The notes under the pieces are model-generated. The model was not told where the DNA came from, searched no databases, and was given only the letters and a program-made list of their open reading frames with translations. The translations under genes were made by a program, and so were the position numbers. A DNA stretch of 63,695 nt, filler included, from Reclinomonas americana ATCC 50394 (Eukaryota): assembly GCA_048213135.1 (NCBI GenBank). It is 12 parts of 12 records of this genome, joined end to end, with 100 filler letters (N's around TTAATTAATTAA, not from the genome) between each part and the next. Parts side by side here need not be neighbours in the genome. Positions count along the whole stretch, not along the records: positions 4,492 to 19,205 come from AFZH01022703.1; positions 19,306 to 24,982 come from AFZH01022704.1; positions 25,083 to 29,264 come from AFZH01022705.1; 9 more parts are not named here. One strand, 5' to 3'. Shown here piece by piece: positions 13,694 through 27,104 of the stretch (position 1 is the first letter of the stretch; each line of letters begins with the position of its first letter).

Positions 13694-16600
13694 TCACTGC
13701 GCGCCTCGACGCTGTCGCTTGCGCACCGGTGGTGCAGCAGCGGCAGTGTCCAAGTCTCCTGGCGCCGTGGCGTCCTCCTCCATGACCTCGGCCAGCTCGT
13801 CGTCGTCATCGGCCGTACCACCTTCCTCCAGTGATACGTCCTCTTCGTCGGCGGTGGCGTCGGCGGTGGAGAAAGTTCGCTTGCGCGCAATCTGCGAGCC
13901 CCCAGTTGTTCTTGTCGACTGCTGCATTGCAGGTGGCGTTGTGCTGGTAGCAATGAGCATCGAATCGGCGCTGTGAAGGGATCACGGAACTCGTAAGCAC
14001 ACAATCGCTTGGCCTCTGCGCCGTAATGATCTCACAACGCACATAAAGTCAATGGAGGCATTCTCGTCCGAGATCGCCGACAGCGGTGGGCGGCTGAACG
14101 GCTCGTCGTTGTCTTCGTCTTGCAGCGATGAGGCCAGCGACGGGCGGTGCGGCACCGAAGCACTGAAGGGAAGCGCTGTCGTCGTCGTCGTGGTGGACGT
14201 GGTGGTGGTGGAGATGGAGTTGGAGGCGCTGCCGGCAGTGGGTGCGTTGGCTGCCCACGATGGCGGTCGTGCGGTGGTTGGACGAGATGGGGCCTTGGTG
14301 GTCGCCGCCGGCAGCGGCGGTGGTGGCGGTAGCGCCTGTGCTTCTTGCGGCAGCGTGCGAATGAGGTGCTGCTCGATGCGCGCCAACATGGTGTGGTTGA
14401 GCTGGTGCAGATCGCGGTAGCGCCACAGCTGCACGATGAGGTACACGACAGAGAGCAGTGCAAACGTCTGCGCGTGAAACGACGGTGAGTTGGTGGCTCG
14501 GATCGCGCCGCACTGCACGCACATGCGTACCTTGCGCAGTGACCAGAGAATAACGCGCAGATCCTGAATGGACTTGGTGCTGTCCAGGTGGTGCTGCTCG
14601 GAGACCATGCGCTCCAAGCACAGACAAAAGAGGAGGCCGCCAAGCAGCGGCAAGCGAGCCGGACGTGCGCGATCCACGGTGGTCACCAAGAAGGCGACAA
14701 GCAGCGCAAAAATGTAGTACAGAATGTCCTTGAAGTCGAGGAACTCGCCTGCGTGTTGCAAGCGTCAAACGCATATCTTGTGTTCACAGTAGCAGCGTCA
14801 TCCCTCACCAACAAGGAACGACTGCAGTCCGCTAACGTGATCCAGCGACGCCATGATTTGCTGACCGAATTCACCAATGCGCCGCTCCTGCTCGGTGAGC
14901 TTGCTGATCGTGTCGGCAGCACTCGTTCGCAGTGAGCGCAGGTGCTCCGAGGCTGCTGTGAAGCTCGCCTGCTGCTCACTGCGCAGCGTCATCAATTCCT
15001 CCTGCGCCTGCGCAATCTGGCGGCGCTGCGCCTCCAACTGAGCCAGCGTCTCATCGGCGCGCTCACGCAATCCGCTCAGGTGTGTGTGCGTCGACTCAAA
15101 GCCGACACGTTGAGCCTCCTGCGGGTGGTTGAGAACAAAGGCATGGACAGTTGAGGGGGGGGGGGGCGTGAAGACGCACCTTTAGCTTCTTCAGCCGCTT
15201 CTGCGCCTCCACGAGATGTGCGTCCTGCTGCGCCAGTTGCTCCAGGGTCACGGTGGCCTTGTCCGACAGCGACGACAAGCGATGCTTGGCGTCTTCGAAG
15301 CGCTCCGTTTCCTCCACACGCAAACGCGACAACTGCTCCGCCGTCACTCGGTGCTGCTCCAGCAGTTCCTCCTTGCTCCGCCCAATGGCCGTCAGGACCT
15401 CGGCTGACCGCACATGCAGCTCTCCGATGCCCTCGAGTACGCGATGCTGACCGTGGTGGATCGTGTCGAGCTGTTCACCGGCTTTGTCAAAGGCGGCCTT
15501 TTGAGACACCTGTGCCATTCGCAAAGCAATGAGTCGGCAGCGACTGTGGCGCAGCTGATGACGGCGGGTTCCACCTACCGTAAGGTGCTCGATGCCATCC
15601 TGGGCGCGATGCACAGACTGCACAGACACACACATTTTCACGTTAGCAGGGCGACAAAGAAAGCAGCAGTAAAAGGGCACTGCATGCGCACCGAGAGCAC
15701 ATCATCCTGCTTCTGCAGCAACTCCTGCTGTTTCTCCAACGAGGTTTTGACCAAGGAGACAGTCTCGGCCTGGTGACTGTGCACATCGCGCACTGTACGC
15801 AGCGTGGCGTCCTCGGCTGCCTGCAACAAGTTCTGCTGATAGGCCAGCGTCTTCTGCTCCGTCAGCAACTTCTGCTGCGTCTTGCGACTCTCGGCCAGCG
15901 AGCCAGCAATCTGTGCCGAGTCGTTCTTCAACGCCGTCATGTGCTGCGTCATCTCCGCATGACGCGCATGCTCCTCAGCACTCAGTTCCTGCCGCGCGCA
16001 CGGGCGAGTGAGTGGTGAGCATCGATCGCGAAAGCACAGCGCTTTTCACACACGAACCTTGAGGTCACTGCGCAGGGCCGTCTGATGCTGCTGAATGTCG
16101 GTGACCACCTCGTGACTGGCATGCCTGTGACACAGCGGCTCAGTGAGTGCTCGCTCAAGGGAGAGAGAGAAAGAGGCAACGGGACGCAACACAGCGCGGT
16201 GAATGTCGTTTGTCTCGTGCACAACGCGATCCAACTGGCCCATGGCCGCCTGCGACACCTTGTGCAACCCAACGACAATATCGGCGGTGCGCCTGCAGTG
16301 CGAGTGAGCGGGGGAACGGAGGAGACACAGAGGAAGAGATGATCCGCACCGCTGAAAGGCGTCGGCCTGCCAGTGATTGCAGATGATGTCCACGTGCGTG
16401 ACAAAGTTGGTCATCTGCGTCGAGCCGCCAATCGTCTCTTGACACTGCCTCCACGTGCTCTCAATGTCCTCGCACTCGACCGGGATCGGCTGGCGCATGG
16501 CGCGCCAGTAACACATCAACAAGCTGTGACGCACATGAGAAAAAAAGAAGCAACTGACCATGGTGCCAAGCAGCAAGATTCACCCTGCCGCATATCGCAG

Positions 16601-16980
16601 TCGCTCCTGCCCGTCAGCCTCCATCGATGCGCATCCATTCTGCAGGCGCTCAGTGACCCGGCTCACGCACTCTCGATCCTCTACATCACCGCCTGTCAGT
16701 TGGCCAACACCAAAAAAATCATCGCCATTCAATCTAACCACCACCACCACAACCACTGCTCACCGTCGGTCTTCGACAACTGATCAACCACCCTCAACGC
16801 AGCCTGCAGTGCCTGCGACGACGACGACGCCTTTTGCATCTGCACATCCCCGAGAGATCTTGCTGCTTGTGAAGATTCCTCGCTCGCGCTTGTCGATCGC
16901 CCTTCCACGGCGATCAACGAGGAGGCGAGAAGAAGGAAGAGAAGCGCCACAACGGCCACGAGAACGAGCCGGCAGCTCAT
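13694..16980 (-). CDS. GEX1: GEX1/Brambleberry/KAR5-family nuclear membrane fusion protein
   Basis: Signal peptide, Cys-rich domain (ECVSRVTERLQNGC...LLMCYW...VEC...RQC...HVDIICNHWQADAFQRRT), long coiled coil, three TMs (ILYYIFALLVAFLVTT..ARPARLPLL) and a disordered tail. Confidence 0.8.
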
Positions 16981-17137
16981 CTTTTCTCGCACGAGTGAGA
17001 GGAGCGAGCCGCTGTGGCCAATCACCATTTGTCCTCATTGATTTCGCGTGTGGTGAGTGGAGATATGACCGCGCCTCTCTCTCTTGCGCCTCTCTCACAC
17101 TCACGTGCATGCGTGCGTGCCCCTCAGGGTAGAGGAG

Positions 17138-19205
17138 ATGGCGACTGTCGAGAAGCACGAAATCGCCGCTGATGGCAAGAAGGTGTGTGTGCGACATGTG
17201 TGATCTGCACTTCGACAACTCCTCTCTCTGTCTCCTCCGCTCCGCCTCCCTCCCACCCTCTCTCTTCATGCACGCACGCACGTTCCCCTGCGCCACCTTG
17301 TCGAGCATGTCACTCACTGCATCTTGTGTGTGTGTTTCTTTTTTGTGTTGCATGACCCGATTGCCACGTGTCGTCGTCGTGTGACCGAATGCAGTCGTCA
17401 TCATCCTCCTCGGCGCCCTCATCGCCATCGCTGCCTCCGGTGGTGGTTCCGAAGCGCTCCGCATGGGCGGGCGTGGGCGTCGGAGTGCTGACAGTGCTGG
17501 TCGTCGTCGGCTTTGTGATCTTTGCCACACTGCAACGCAAGTGGGAGCGAGAACACTTGCTCACATCGCCACTCGGACGTGCGCTGTTCACCGACAGCCA
17601 CGCCGATGGTGGAGCACAGGTGAGCGGCGAGGAGGGTGTCATTGAGTGGCGATCTGTGTGTTGACTTTCGTCGACGTGCACAGACGGTGCGCGACATTTT
17701 CGCGGCGGTCGAACCGACGGTGGAGGAGCTGAAGCGGCGCCGGTTTGAGGGTGTGGTGACGCCCGACGATGAGGCACGCGATGCGCAAGGGTGGCAGTTG
17801 ACCGAGTCGGCGATCTTGGCGGGTCGGGCGGCCGCCAAGGACGTGCTTCGTGTGCACGCGCAGGAGGTCGACAAGTCGCGCGATCCGGACGATGCGGCTG
17901 AGAAGTCGCTGACGGCGGGCATGCGCGAGCTGCTGGCACCGACGACGCGAGGAGAGGTGTCGGATCGTGCGGCGCGTCATGCGCGTCGCGAGTTTGCGCT
18001 GACCATCCTGGAGCACGGCCGTGCCCTGAAGGCCGTGCAGTGGATGTGGAAGCAGGCGTACGGCGAGCAGCCGAAGGAGGAGGAGAACAAGTCGCCGGAG
18101 GGTGCAGTGGCTGGCGAGACCAAGAAGCGTCGTACCAAGGAGAAGGAGAAGGCCGAGGAGCAGGTCAAGCCCAATGTTCCGCACCTCGACCGAGTCGGCG
18201 ACGGATCCGGCATTGGTGTGCGCGAGGTGCGTGTGCCGTCGCTCCGTCTGCCTCTCCCCCTCTGATCGTTTCATCTGACTTTTGTGCGCGCCGCAGATGG
18301 CCGTCTACGCGTGTCTGCGAGGCAGCCGACTGGCGCAGCGCACGCTGGTCACCGAGTACGAAGAGCTTTTCGTGCTGGGCATGCGTGCCGACCACAACCA
18401 TTGGCTGGCCGACTGGCAGCGCGAGGTTTGCGTCTCTCTTTCACTGCCTTGTGTGTGCGAATCCAGTCACTGAATTGTGTGTGTACGTGCAGTTTGAAGA
18501 CACGGAGGCCAAGCCGCTGGGCGATCGCATCGATCGCTGCGAGTTCGAAAACGTGCAAATGTCGTACGTGCACCAGCTGCGTAGCGGTCGCCGCCCACGC
18601 GATCCGTTCGCTCGCAAGGACCCGAACTTGCCCGACAACGCCCCCCTGACGGTCACCACGCCGATTCTGGTGGCGGCCAGTGTGGAGGAGCGTCGTACGG
18701 CGGCCGTGCGCCTGGAGGTTCGCGAGAACAACCCTCTGTACGTGCGCTTCTGGCTGTTGTGCCAGATGCTGGCCGACTTCCCGAACGGCTCGCGCCCGTG
18801 CGACAAGCTCACCTACGAGGAGTTCCGCGACGGCTTCCGCCCCGGTCGCCCCAACATCCTCAACGTCTACGAGGTCTCCTCCGACATGATGTTGCAGTAC
18901 GGCGGGCACGGCGGTATGGCCATGGAGCCCTCCAACTTTTTCTACATGACGCGCTACATGGGCAACCTGATCAACATTGAGTGCAAGGGTTGCGTTGTCT
19001 GCTTTTTCTCCGCTGCCGCCCTCTTTGTCTGTGAGAATGTGTCGCTCACTGCCATCGCACAGTGCACGGCATTGGTTGCCAGGGCATGGAGCAGATTGGC
19101 GACAATCTCATGCACAACCCGCAACTCGTGTCGGTCATGTTCTCCAGCACCACCTGCAAGTCGTCGTGGTCCATCGGTCACTTCTGCGAGCGCACCAATA
19201 GCGTA
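17138..19205 (+). CDS. Type II membrane protein of unknown function (3' truncated by gap)
   Basis: Short N-terminus, single TM AWAGVGVGVLTVLVVVGFVIFATL, then a large globular Cys-containing domain. Exons are GC3-rich and introns canonical. Confidence 0.7.
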
Positions 19206-19331
19206 NNNNNNNNNNNNNNNNNNNNNNNNNNNNNNNNNNNNNNNNNNNNTTAATTAATTAANNNNNNNNNNNNNNNNNNNNNNNNNNNNNNNNNNNNNNN
19301 NNNNNCGCCTTCCAAAGACAACGAAGCAAGC

Positions 19332-22190
19332 ATGGAGTGCGAGTTGCTGGAGACGTGTACTCCACCCCACACACCTCACCTTGTGCCGGCAGCGTCGGGC
19401 GGCAGCGTCTCTGCACCACTCACGCCACCCTCCGGCGCACACTCGACGCCCACACTTGTCGGCGTCAGCGCCGCCTCGCCCCCTCGCAACCTCTTCTCTC
19501 CTGGCCAGCCGCAGTCGCAGCCCATGTCCACCACAGCCTCCTCATCATCGGCCTCCTCGTCCACCTCAACCTCTCCAGTTGTCGTACCACCACCACCACC
19601 ACCACCTCAGCCACCCTCGCAGCACAACCTCTCGCTTCCTGTGCACACCATGGGCAAGCACAGCAACAACAGCGCCTCGTCCACTCCTTCACCCAGCGCC
19701 AGTGCGGCTGCTGGAGGAGGAGTAGGAGGAGGAGGAGGTGGATCACCAGGCGCCATGTCGTATGCCACCCACGCCACACAGTTTGGCCCTTCGAGTCTGT
19801 GGTACACTCCTCGACCTCCATTCCAGCGAGGGAATGGTGGCAGTCCGAGTGGACTGATGTCCACGATGGGAAACAGCGTGGCAGGTGCATTTGGAATGTT
19901 TGGCGGCGGTCATCGTTCGGGATCCGAGTACTTGTCAGAGGTAAACACGCAGGGGGTGAGCAATAAGGGAGCGAGGCATGTGCGCTGACTGCTTCTTTTT
20001 GTTGTTGTTGTTGATGATGTGCTCTTCTAGCATGAGGAGGTGTCGACGAGAAAGATTGGGCGGGTGATTTTCAGCGTGGTGCTGATCTCGCTGCTGGCAC
20101 TCGGTTTTTACTGGATCATGGGCAACTATCTCGTTCCCATGTTGCGTCGCAGTGGCCGATGCAGCAAGCCGAAAAGCGGGAGCACAGTGCTGACCTCTCC
20201 CCCTTCCTTTGTCGTCGTCGTTGTCCCATCAGTTTTCTGGCGTTCATGTGGAGTCTGGTGACAACTCGCGGCCACAAGCGGATATATCGCTGGATGCTGC
20301 GACTCGACGCGCGAGTGTACAACCTGGGCACGCGCCTGTTTGGCCCGTCGACACCCATTACTCGATTCGAGAACCGCATTGGCGTCATTGATCCGTGCAA
20401 AGTCAAGGGATGGCTGTTGTGCACGGTGCTGCTGTTCCTCCTGTGCTGTTGCGTGCTCTCGCTCTCTCTCTCCCCCTGCCTCCTGCACACACTAAAATCT
20501 GCCCCTCCGCCCTGCGCAGGGACCTTCATTTTCTCCTTTGGCTTTGCCATTCTCATCACGTTTACACTGGCCATGGTGATCATGGCGGTGGCGAGCATGG
20601 ACCGCGCTCTGCTGGCCTCCCTCACCGTCACCGGCATTATGATTGTGTCCATCTTGGCGCTCATTGGCTTGGCCACTGGCGGCTTTTATGTGGAGGGTCA
20701 GCGCATCATCCACTCGGTGATTGCGTACCTGGAGACGGAGCAGATTCAGACGCTGCTGACGAATCACGAGCGATCGCCCATCTACCAGTGGGCACTCGAG
20801 CAGTTCGAGTTCTTTGGCTTCAACACGAGTCTCCTCGACCCGGCGTACTTGCAGGATGAGGTGCGTGCACAGCGTTTGGTAAGCAAATTTCTTCGCAGAT
20901 GCTTACACGTGGAGGGGTTTCGGCGTGTGCAGGCCGTGGCACTGGCGTACGCTCTGGCCAAGAAGGGCGACATTTTGCTCGACGGTGCCCGCAAGGGCCT
21001 GTCGGTGGCCTCCGACACGGCATTTTCGATTGTGCTGTTCCTCACCAGCTTTGTGTACTTTTTGCAAGTGAGCGATGAGTCGATCGATGGTGCCGCCACA
21101 GTGCATCAAGCGATGTCTCACTGTCTTTCTATCCTGCAGTTCAACCAGCAAGTGCGCAGCGCCATGAACACACTGTCGCCCTTTGACGGGGACGTGACGA
21201 GGCGCCTGTTCAAGGATCTGGAGCACTCGTGGGTCCGCATCACGCAGGCCTTTGCGCTCATCGGTGCGTTGTGAATCTCTTCGAGTAGCTGTCCGTGCAT
21301 GAGCTGACACCGTCACGATATATGGCGGAACAGGCGCGATGAATGCGGTGGCGACATTCATCTCATTTTACTACTTCCTCGATTACCTGACGTTCCTGCT
21401 GCCGGCACTGAGTGCGGTGTTGTCCACGCTGCCGGTATGTGTGTCTCTGTGCGCTATATATCCCCTCCCTTTCTGCTGCTCATCTTCTACTGCAGGTATT
21501 CTCATCGTGGATTGTGTGGATTCCGGCCTGTATCTACTTGGCGATCGAGGGCGCGTACTGGCGGGTGATTTTTGTGGCCGCCATCCACATTGTTACCACG
21601 TGGCTGCAGACGCTGGCCTACGCCGTCATTCCACACACGCATCCGTACGCCATCTCTGTGAGCGTGGTTCTCGGACTGTACGCCATGGGTCCAGTCGGGT
21701 CGCTCGTCGCCCCCCTGCTCCTCTGCTTGGCCACGCAGCTGTACGCGCAGTACGCCGACAGTCGCCCTGGCGACGACTCGAAAATCAAAATGTCGTCGTC
21801 GGAACCAGTGGGTGAGCTCGGATCGACGCAGGAATTGCCTCACGGTCGCAAGCGCGGCCACTCTGACGTTGCGTCGCACCCGAGTCTGGCCGCGCCGACA
21901 AGCGTCTCAATGTCTTCATGAAAAACTCGCAGGCTGAGGTTCGTAGTCCACTCGGAGGGGGCATGGACACACCGAAAAGCCACATTGACGCGTCGGTGCC
22001 ACCAACGTCGCACCTGCGACGTGGCTCGGTGACGTTCAACACGGCCACTCCCGACAGCCCGATTGTGGTGGAACAGTACGCCGAGGAGGCTCCGGGTGGC
22101 TTTGGCACGCCACCGACGCGCGGCGGGGTCACACTGCGGCGACCCACAGTCAATGGCGAAGAGGCCGTGTACACCATGCACCGTTCGTGA
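19332..22190 (+). CDS. TMEM245/AI-2E (PerM) family multipass membrane protein
   Basis: Multiple TMs. LSTLP|VFSSWIVWIPACIYL and HPYAISVSVVLGLYAMGPVGSLVAPLLLCL resemble the TMEM245 C-terminal signature. Confidence 0.75.
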
Positions 22191-22284
22191 GAGCGACGAG
22201 AGGGAATACCAATGTAATCAATTACGAGAATCACAAACAATTTTTCATACGCAGGGAGAGGGGGTGGAAAAACAAGATGAATGG

Positions 22285-24656
22285 TCAGCAGCCGACGAAT
22301 CCGCGACGGCGGCGGCGAGGCTGAGAAGCAGGCTCCTGGGCCATCAGCTGCACCACAGTTGCCTCCTCGTCACCAGGCGGCTCCACATTGGCGGCGACGG
22401 TAAGAGCGTTCTGATCGTAGGCCACCTGCGTGTGGTTGGTTCCGAAACATGTCGTGAGTCACAGAAAATGCACAGCAGAATCGTATGCTGGTATGCTGCC
22501 AACAGACCTTGATGTCGTCGAATTTGAAGTGCTGGATGACTGGGACGGGAATGAGTACGCGCTCCGCCAGCAGCTGGTTCAGGGTTGGCAGTACAGCTGC
22601 AGGGCGAGCAGAGTGGATGAGATAGCAGGGAAAAGGAGGATGAGGACATGAGCAATGCGCAACTCTTGAATACTTGGTCGAGGAAGTTGGCCAGCTCTTT
22701 CTCGTCGAAGGGCAGTCGTGTGTGATTCTGCACGCAACAAGACGTGTGTATGTGTGAGTGAGGTCGCAGGGGCAAACAGCAACAGGGAGACATCGCTAAT
22801 TCTGACCTTCAGAATGAAATCAAACTGCAGAGAGTCCAGCTGCAACGAGACAACAGTGAGTGAAACCCGAAGTGCGTTGAGGAAACAGAAGACGAGCATG
22901 GGTGACTCACATCGACCTCGGGCACTTGCAGATACACAAAGGTGCCATTCACGTTGGAGACGGACAGGGCCTGTGCGACCCTCGTGAGTGGCCAGCCCAC
23001 AACTCCGCAGAGGGAATGAAAAAAACGGCAAACCTCAGCATCCAGCACCACATGCGAGTCAATGCCGAAAGCAAACTCGGGGAACAGCGTAAAGTTGAAC
23101 ACGGCGCTCGACAGCAAATCAAGCTTGATGCCGTCGGTCGGATCAATGTTGATCAGCGGAATACCGGTGACCTGTGGTGCACGATAATGTATCAACAAAA
23201 TGCGGACGATTGCAAACAGGCTCGCCGTCGCCGCGCGCAACATTCAGTGAGATGTTGAGGTCGTGCAACAGGCCGGTTTTGCCGGCCGTCAGCGACACCT
23301 GCAGCAAGTCGTGCGTGTAGAAGCTCCAGAAGGCACCCTGGAAAATGCTCTGTCCGATCGACACCGCGGCCGCCTCCGTCTCCGGCGGGACCGGCACCGC
23401 AGTGGGCGCGAAGGGTGAGTTGTGGTTGGTGGTCGGGTCTGTGCGACGCAGCAGTCAGCACACACGGACAGCTTCCAGCAGACTTCCTTTCACCTCCCCG
23501 CGCACCAAACACTTCGCCGAGGATGGATACGAGAGCGCCGGCGGGAGAGAAGACAATGGGGCCGGCCAAATGGTAGTCCACACCCAACACCTTGTCGACC
23601 ACGGCCTTGAAGGTGAGCTTGGCAATGGCCTGCGCGGCAGCCTTGTTGACCGACGGCGCCAGCTGCGAGCGCACCGCATCTTGCACCTTGTCGTGGATGA
23701 GTCCTTGGAAGATCTGTGTGCACGCAATCAGCTTTGGCGCACACGCGCTAGAGGGGAAAGGAGGGCGGGGACCTTGATCAGCGTGTGGAGTCTGCAGGCA
23801 GGAAACCGAATCATGGTGAGCACGGATCGAGGCTTTAATCTCTTCGCGCATGCACACTCACCCGCCGCAAATGTCGAGATTCCATCTGCGATATGACGGA
23901 CACAGACGCAGTAAGCATCGGCAATAGCAGCCAGAGCGTACAGGGCAGCCGAAGAGACAAACGCAACGAGCCCAAGTTAAATCCCACATTTCCAGTGTTG
24001 ACCACCGGCACGCCATTGCTCTCCGCGATCGTAATGGTGAAGCTCAGCTGGCACAATCGACACAAGAAAAGTCAGAGTCAATAATCGACACACAAGTCGA
24101 TAGAAGCTCACCGCCGTGGCTCCAGCGGCCGAAACACTCATATCGCCCTCGCAGATCTTCACGTGCCCGACCGCATCCTCCTCGATGCGATAGTGGCCGG
24201 CCAGCACCACCGAGATGCCTGCAGCACCACCACAAGTCAACAGAAGAACGCACAGGAGAGTCAGACATAGAGAGAGACCATTCATCGCCACTCCGACACC
24301 ACTCGTGTTGGTCGAAACTGTCACACCACTGCACGCACAGCATAAGATGAAGAGAAAGAGAGACACACACTCACACACGAACCTCGTCTTCACCGTCTTC
24401 AACACCATGTTGTTGAGCTCCACGCGGAACCCATCTGCAATCACACTCAGTCACAACGAAACACAAAAGCAGACAGACACAGACAAGACGGAAACCTTGC
24501 TTCACATCAATGCTCTGAATGGGTGTTCCCGAGAGACCGGCCTCGATCTGTGGCACGAGGTCGGCGACCACCTTTTGCACGGCGGCAGTCTCCACAAACG
24601 CTTGCACAGCAGGCACATTCGCTGCACTCGCGCACGACTACAACGCAAGAGTGAGA

Positions 24657-24691
<35 letters not shown>

Positions 24692-24756
24692 CAAAGTACC
24701 AGCGTGGTGGCAAGCAGCAACAGCAGCAGCAACACAGAGACAGCAGCGCGCGTCAT
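22285..24756 (-). CDS. LBP/BPI/CETP (TULIP) lipid-binding secreted protein
   Basis: Signal peptide and two-lobe architecture, with IFQGLIHDKVQDAVRSQLAPSVN, VDKVLGVDYHLAGPIVF, SPFAPTAVP and VLPTLNQLL. About 14 exons. Confidence 0.75.
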
Positions 24757-24805
24757 CGTGTGAGAAAACAAAGAAGAGCGTGATTGTCCGCGCTCAGTCT
24801 CTCTC

Positions 24806-24967
24806 ATGCACGAAGTGTTGCGTGCTGTGCTTCTCTCTCTGTCTCTCACACACTCACTCACTCTCTGTCAGTGAGGTCGCTGTGGACTTCCCGTCGGAGT
24901 ATTTCGCACAGGTGGCGGCACGCTCGCTGTCGGCCGATGCCGAAGTGAGACCAGAGCGATTGTCGCG
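24806..24967 (+). CDS. PCC1: KEOPS/EKC subunit Pcc1/LAGE3 (5' part; rest in gap)
   Basis: MHEV|EVAVDFPSEYFAQVAARSLSADAEVRPERLSR matches the Pcc1 pattern FPx4AxxAxxSLxxDxE. Intron 24817-24871. Confidence 0.65.
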
Positions 24968-25112
24968 GTGAGTGTGCATGCTNNNNNNNNNNNNNNNNNN
25001 NNNNNNNNNNNNNNNNNNNNNNNNNNTTAATTAATTAANNNNNNNNNNNNNNNNNNNNNNNNNNNNNNNNNNNNNNNNNNNNACAATAAAAGCACGGTGT
25101 GCGGAAGCGCAC

Positions 25113-26627
25113 CGAACCAAGCTCCTGCAGTTGCGGCCGCCATGTTCACTCCCTTGGCAATGTACGGCAGAGCAATGATGGATGGCACCGTGAAAATGGA
25201 CATGAGACCTGCACGGGGGGGCACAGCCTTAGCACACACACGATAGAAGTGACAAGTAGCGAAGGGGGTGGCAGAGAGACACACCAATGGGAGTCTCGGC
25301 CAGCTCCACGGCATTGACGCTGGCGGCAAGAGCAATGGATGCCGCTGAGCCACTGCAAAGAGAGCACCAAGAAAGGGGAGAGAGAGAGAGAGTAAGAGAC
25401 GGTAGGAAAATACCAGAGACAGATGTGCGTAATCTATTTTGAAACCACAAACGCACCACACCAAGGCACCGCCGGACATGATAATGGAGCTCTGCGTATC
25501 GATGCGTAGCAGTCGACGCCCCACCCACGTGCACAAGAGCAGCAACAGCGGCGTGTCGATCCAAGACACCACCAAAGCACGCGGGGCGAGCGGGCCCAGG
25601 ATCGAAAAGTCAATACTGCAGCACCGCAATAGCCTCATGAGTATCAAACTACATCCTTCCCGCAAAGACGGAACCGCGCCACGCACCACAACAGCACAAG
25701 CGACACTGAAATGTAGAGTTCGGTGAGCATGGCCGTGGTGAGCCACCGGGGTAACGTGCGTTCCTTGGGTATGTTGGCGATGATGCAGCCGAATATGATG
25801 GCCCAGATGGAGGAGCCGACACTGCCTTGCTTGATTTGAATTTGGGCGGCGAGAATCTGGGACACCATCGCCACTCCCAGCACCACGAGATAGCCGAGTG
25901 GGAACAGCGACCATCGCAGCTTCGAGTTGTCAACGGCTGCCAGACCGAGCCACACAAAGAGACCCATCAGCACGAAAAGCACCGGGAGTTCGCGGTTCGA
26001 TGGCAAGTCAAAGGCGGAGAACGGATTCGACTGCCACTTTTTCCACGTCGGCACCTGCACGTCTTGCGACACGCAGATGCAGCAAATCGCAAAGCAAATG
26101 AAGCCGATCCACACCGACCACCACTCGTCCGCATTCCACCACGTGCCGTGTATCAGTCGCCGTAGCCACGACTTCTTCTTCGCTGGTGGCGGTGCGGCGG
26201 CGGCATCCGGCGACTTCAGCACAATAACTTGGTCCTTGCTCAGCTGTGTGTTTGCGGACGAGTGAATCGGGCGGAGATGAGCGAGAGAATGAGGACGTGG
26301 GCCAATGCACGTACCTGTCTGTCGTGTTCATCGCCGACAGCAGCAGCGGCGGCCGGCTGCACTCCACCCACAACATCCGCTGCGGCGGCGCCCGCAAGAC
26401 CACCAGGTGGCATTGGATCTGACGAGCCCGACACCGACGACGATGAGGAAACGTGGCCGCCACCATCCTCACCGCCCTCTTCTTCATCCTCGTGATCGAT
26501 CATGGGCTCGGGGGCGTGTGTGTGGTGGCGCCGACGAGGATCAATCTCACCATCATCATCATCTTCACGTGACGCATGATGCTGCTCATCCTGATCACGC
26601 ACATGAGTCGAATGCGAGCATCGAGTG

Positions 26628-26659
<32 letters not shown>

Positions 26660-26950
26660 ACACACACATACACACACATACACACACAGAGAGAGAGAGA
26701 GAAGAGAAAGCATAGAAAATGGAAGACGGCAGAAGAAGAGTCACGCTGTCGATTACACAAAGTTGGTGCCACCCCCGTGCTTGTTGCTTTGAGTGAGGGC
26801 ATGTGCATTTGCGAGGGAGAGAGCGAGAGAATGCGTGCGCGCGTGCGCGAGAGACAGAAAAGAGAGAGATAGAGAGCGTCTGTGCGTGCAAGGCTTCGTA
26901 TTCACCGTGCGGTGGTTACCGAGCTCGTCGCCCTCGCGATGCGACGACAT
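25113..26950 (-). CDS. YeiH-like (putative sulfate exporter family) membrane protein, 3' truncated by gap; start uncertain
   Basis: DEWWSVWIG, WAIIFGCIIAN, TELYISVSLVLL, GGALVCGSAASIA and AGAWFG are typical of the YeiH/COG2855 family. Confidence 0.75.
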
Positions 26951-27104
26951 GTGTGCGTGTGTGAGTTGTTATGGAAAGGAGACTCCACGAGGGGCGTGCT
27001 CACAGTGTGACAGCAACAAGAACTCCGGATCTGTCCTGCTCCCACTTTTCGCCCTTCCCACCCGGCGTTTGCAACACAATGAAACAACAACACTACAATC
27101 ATGA

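Noticed and set aside
22285..22293. Gly-Cys-TGA at the BPI C-terminus as selenocysteine, or stop-codon reassignment generally
   Set aside because: No redox context or SECIS recognised. TAA, TAG and TGA all end conserved genes here, and apparent in-frame stops fall in introns.
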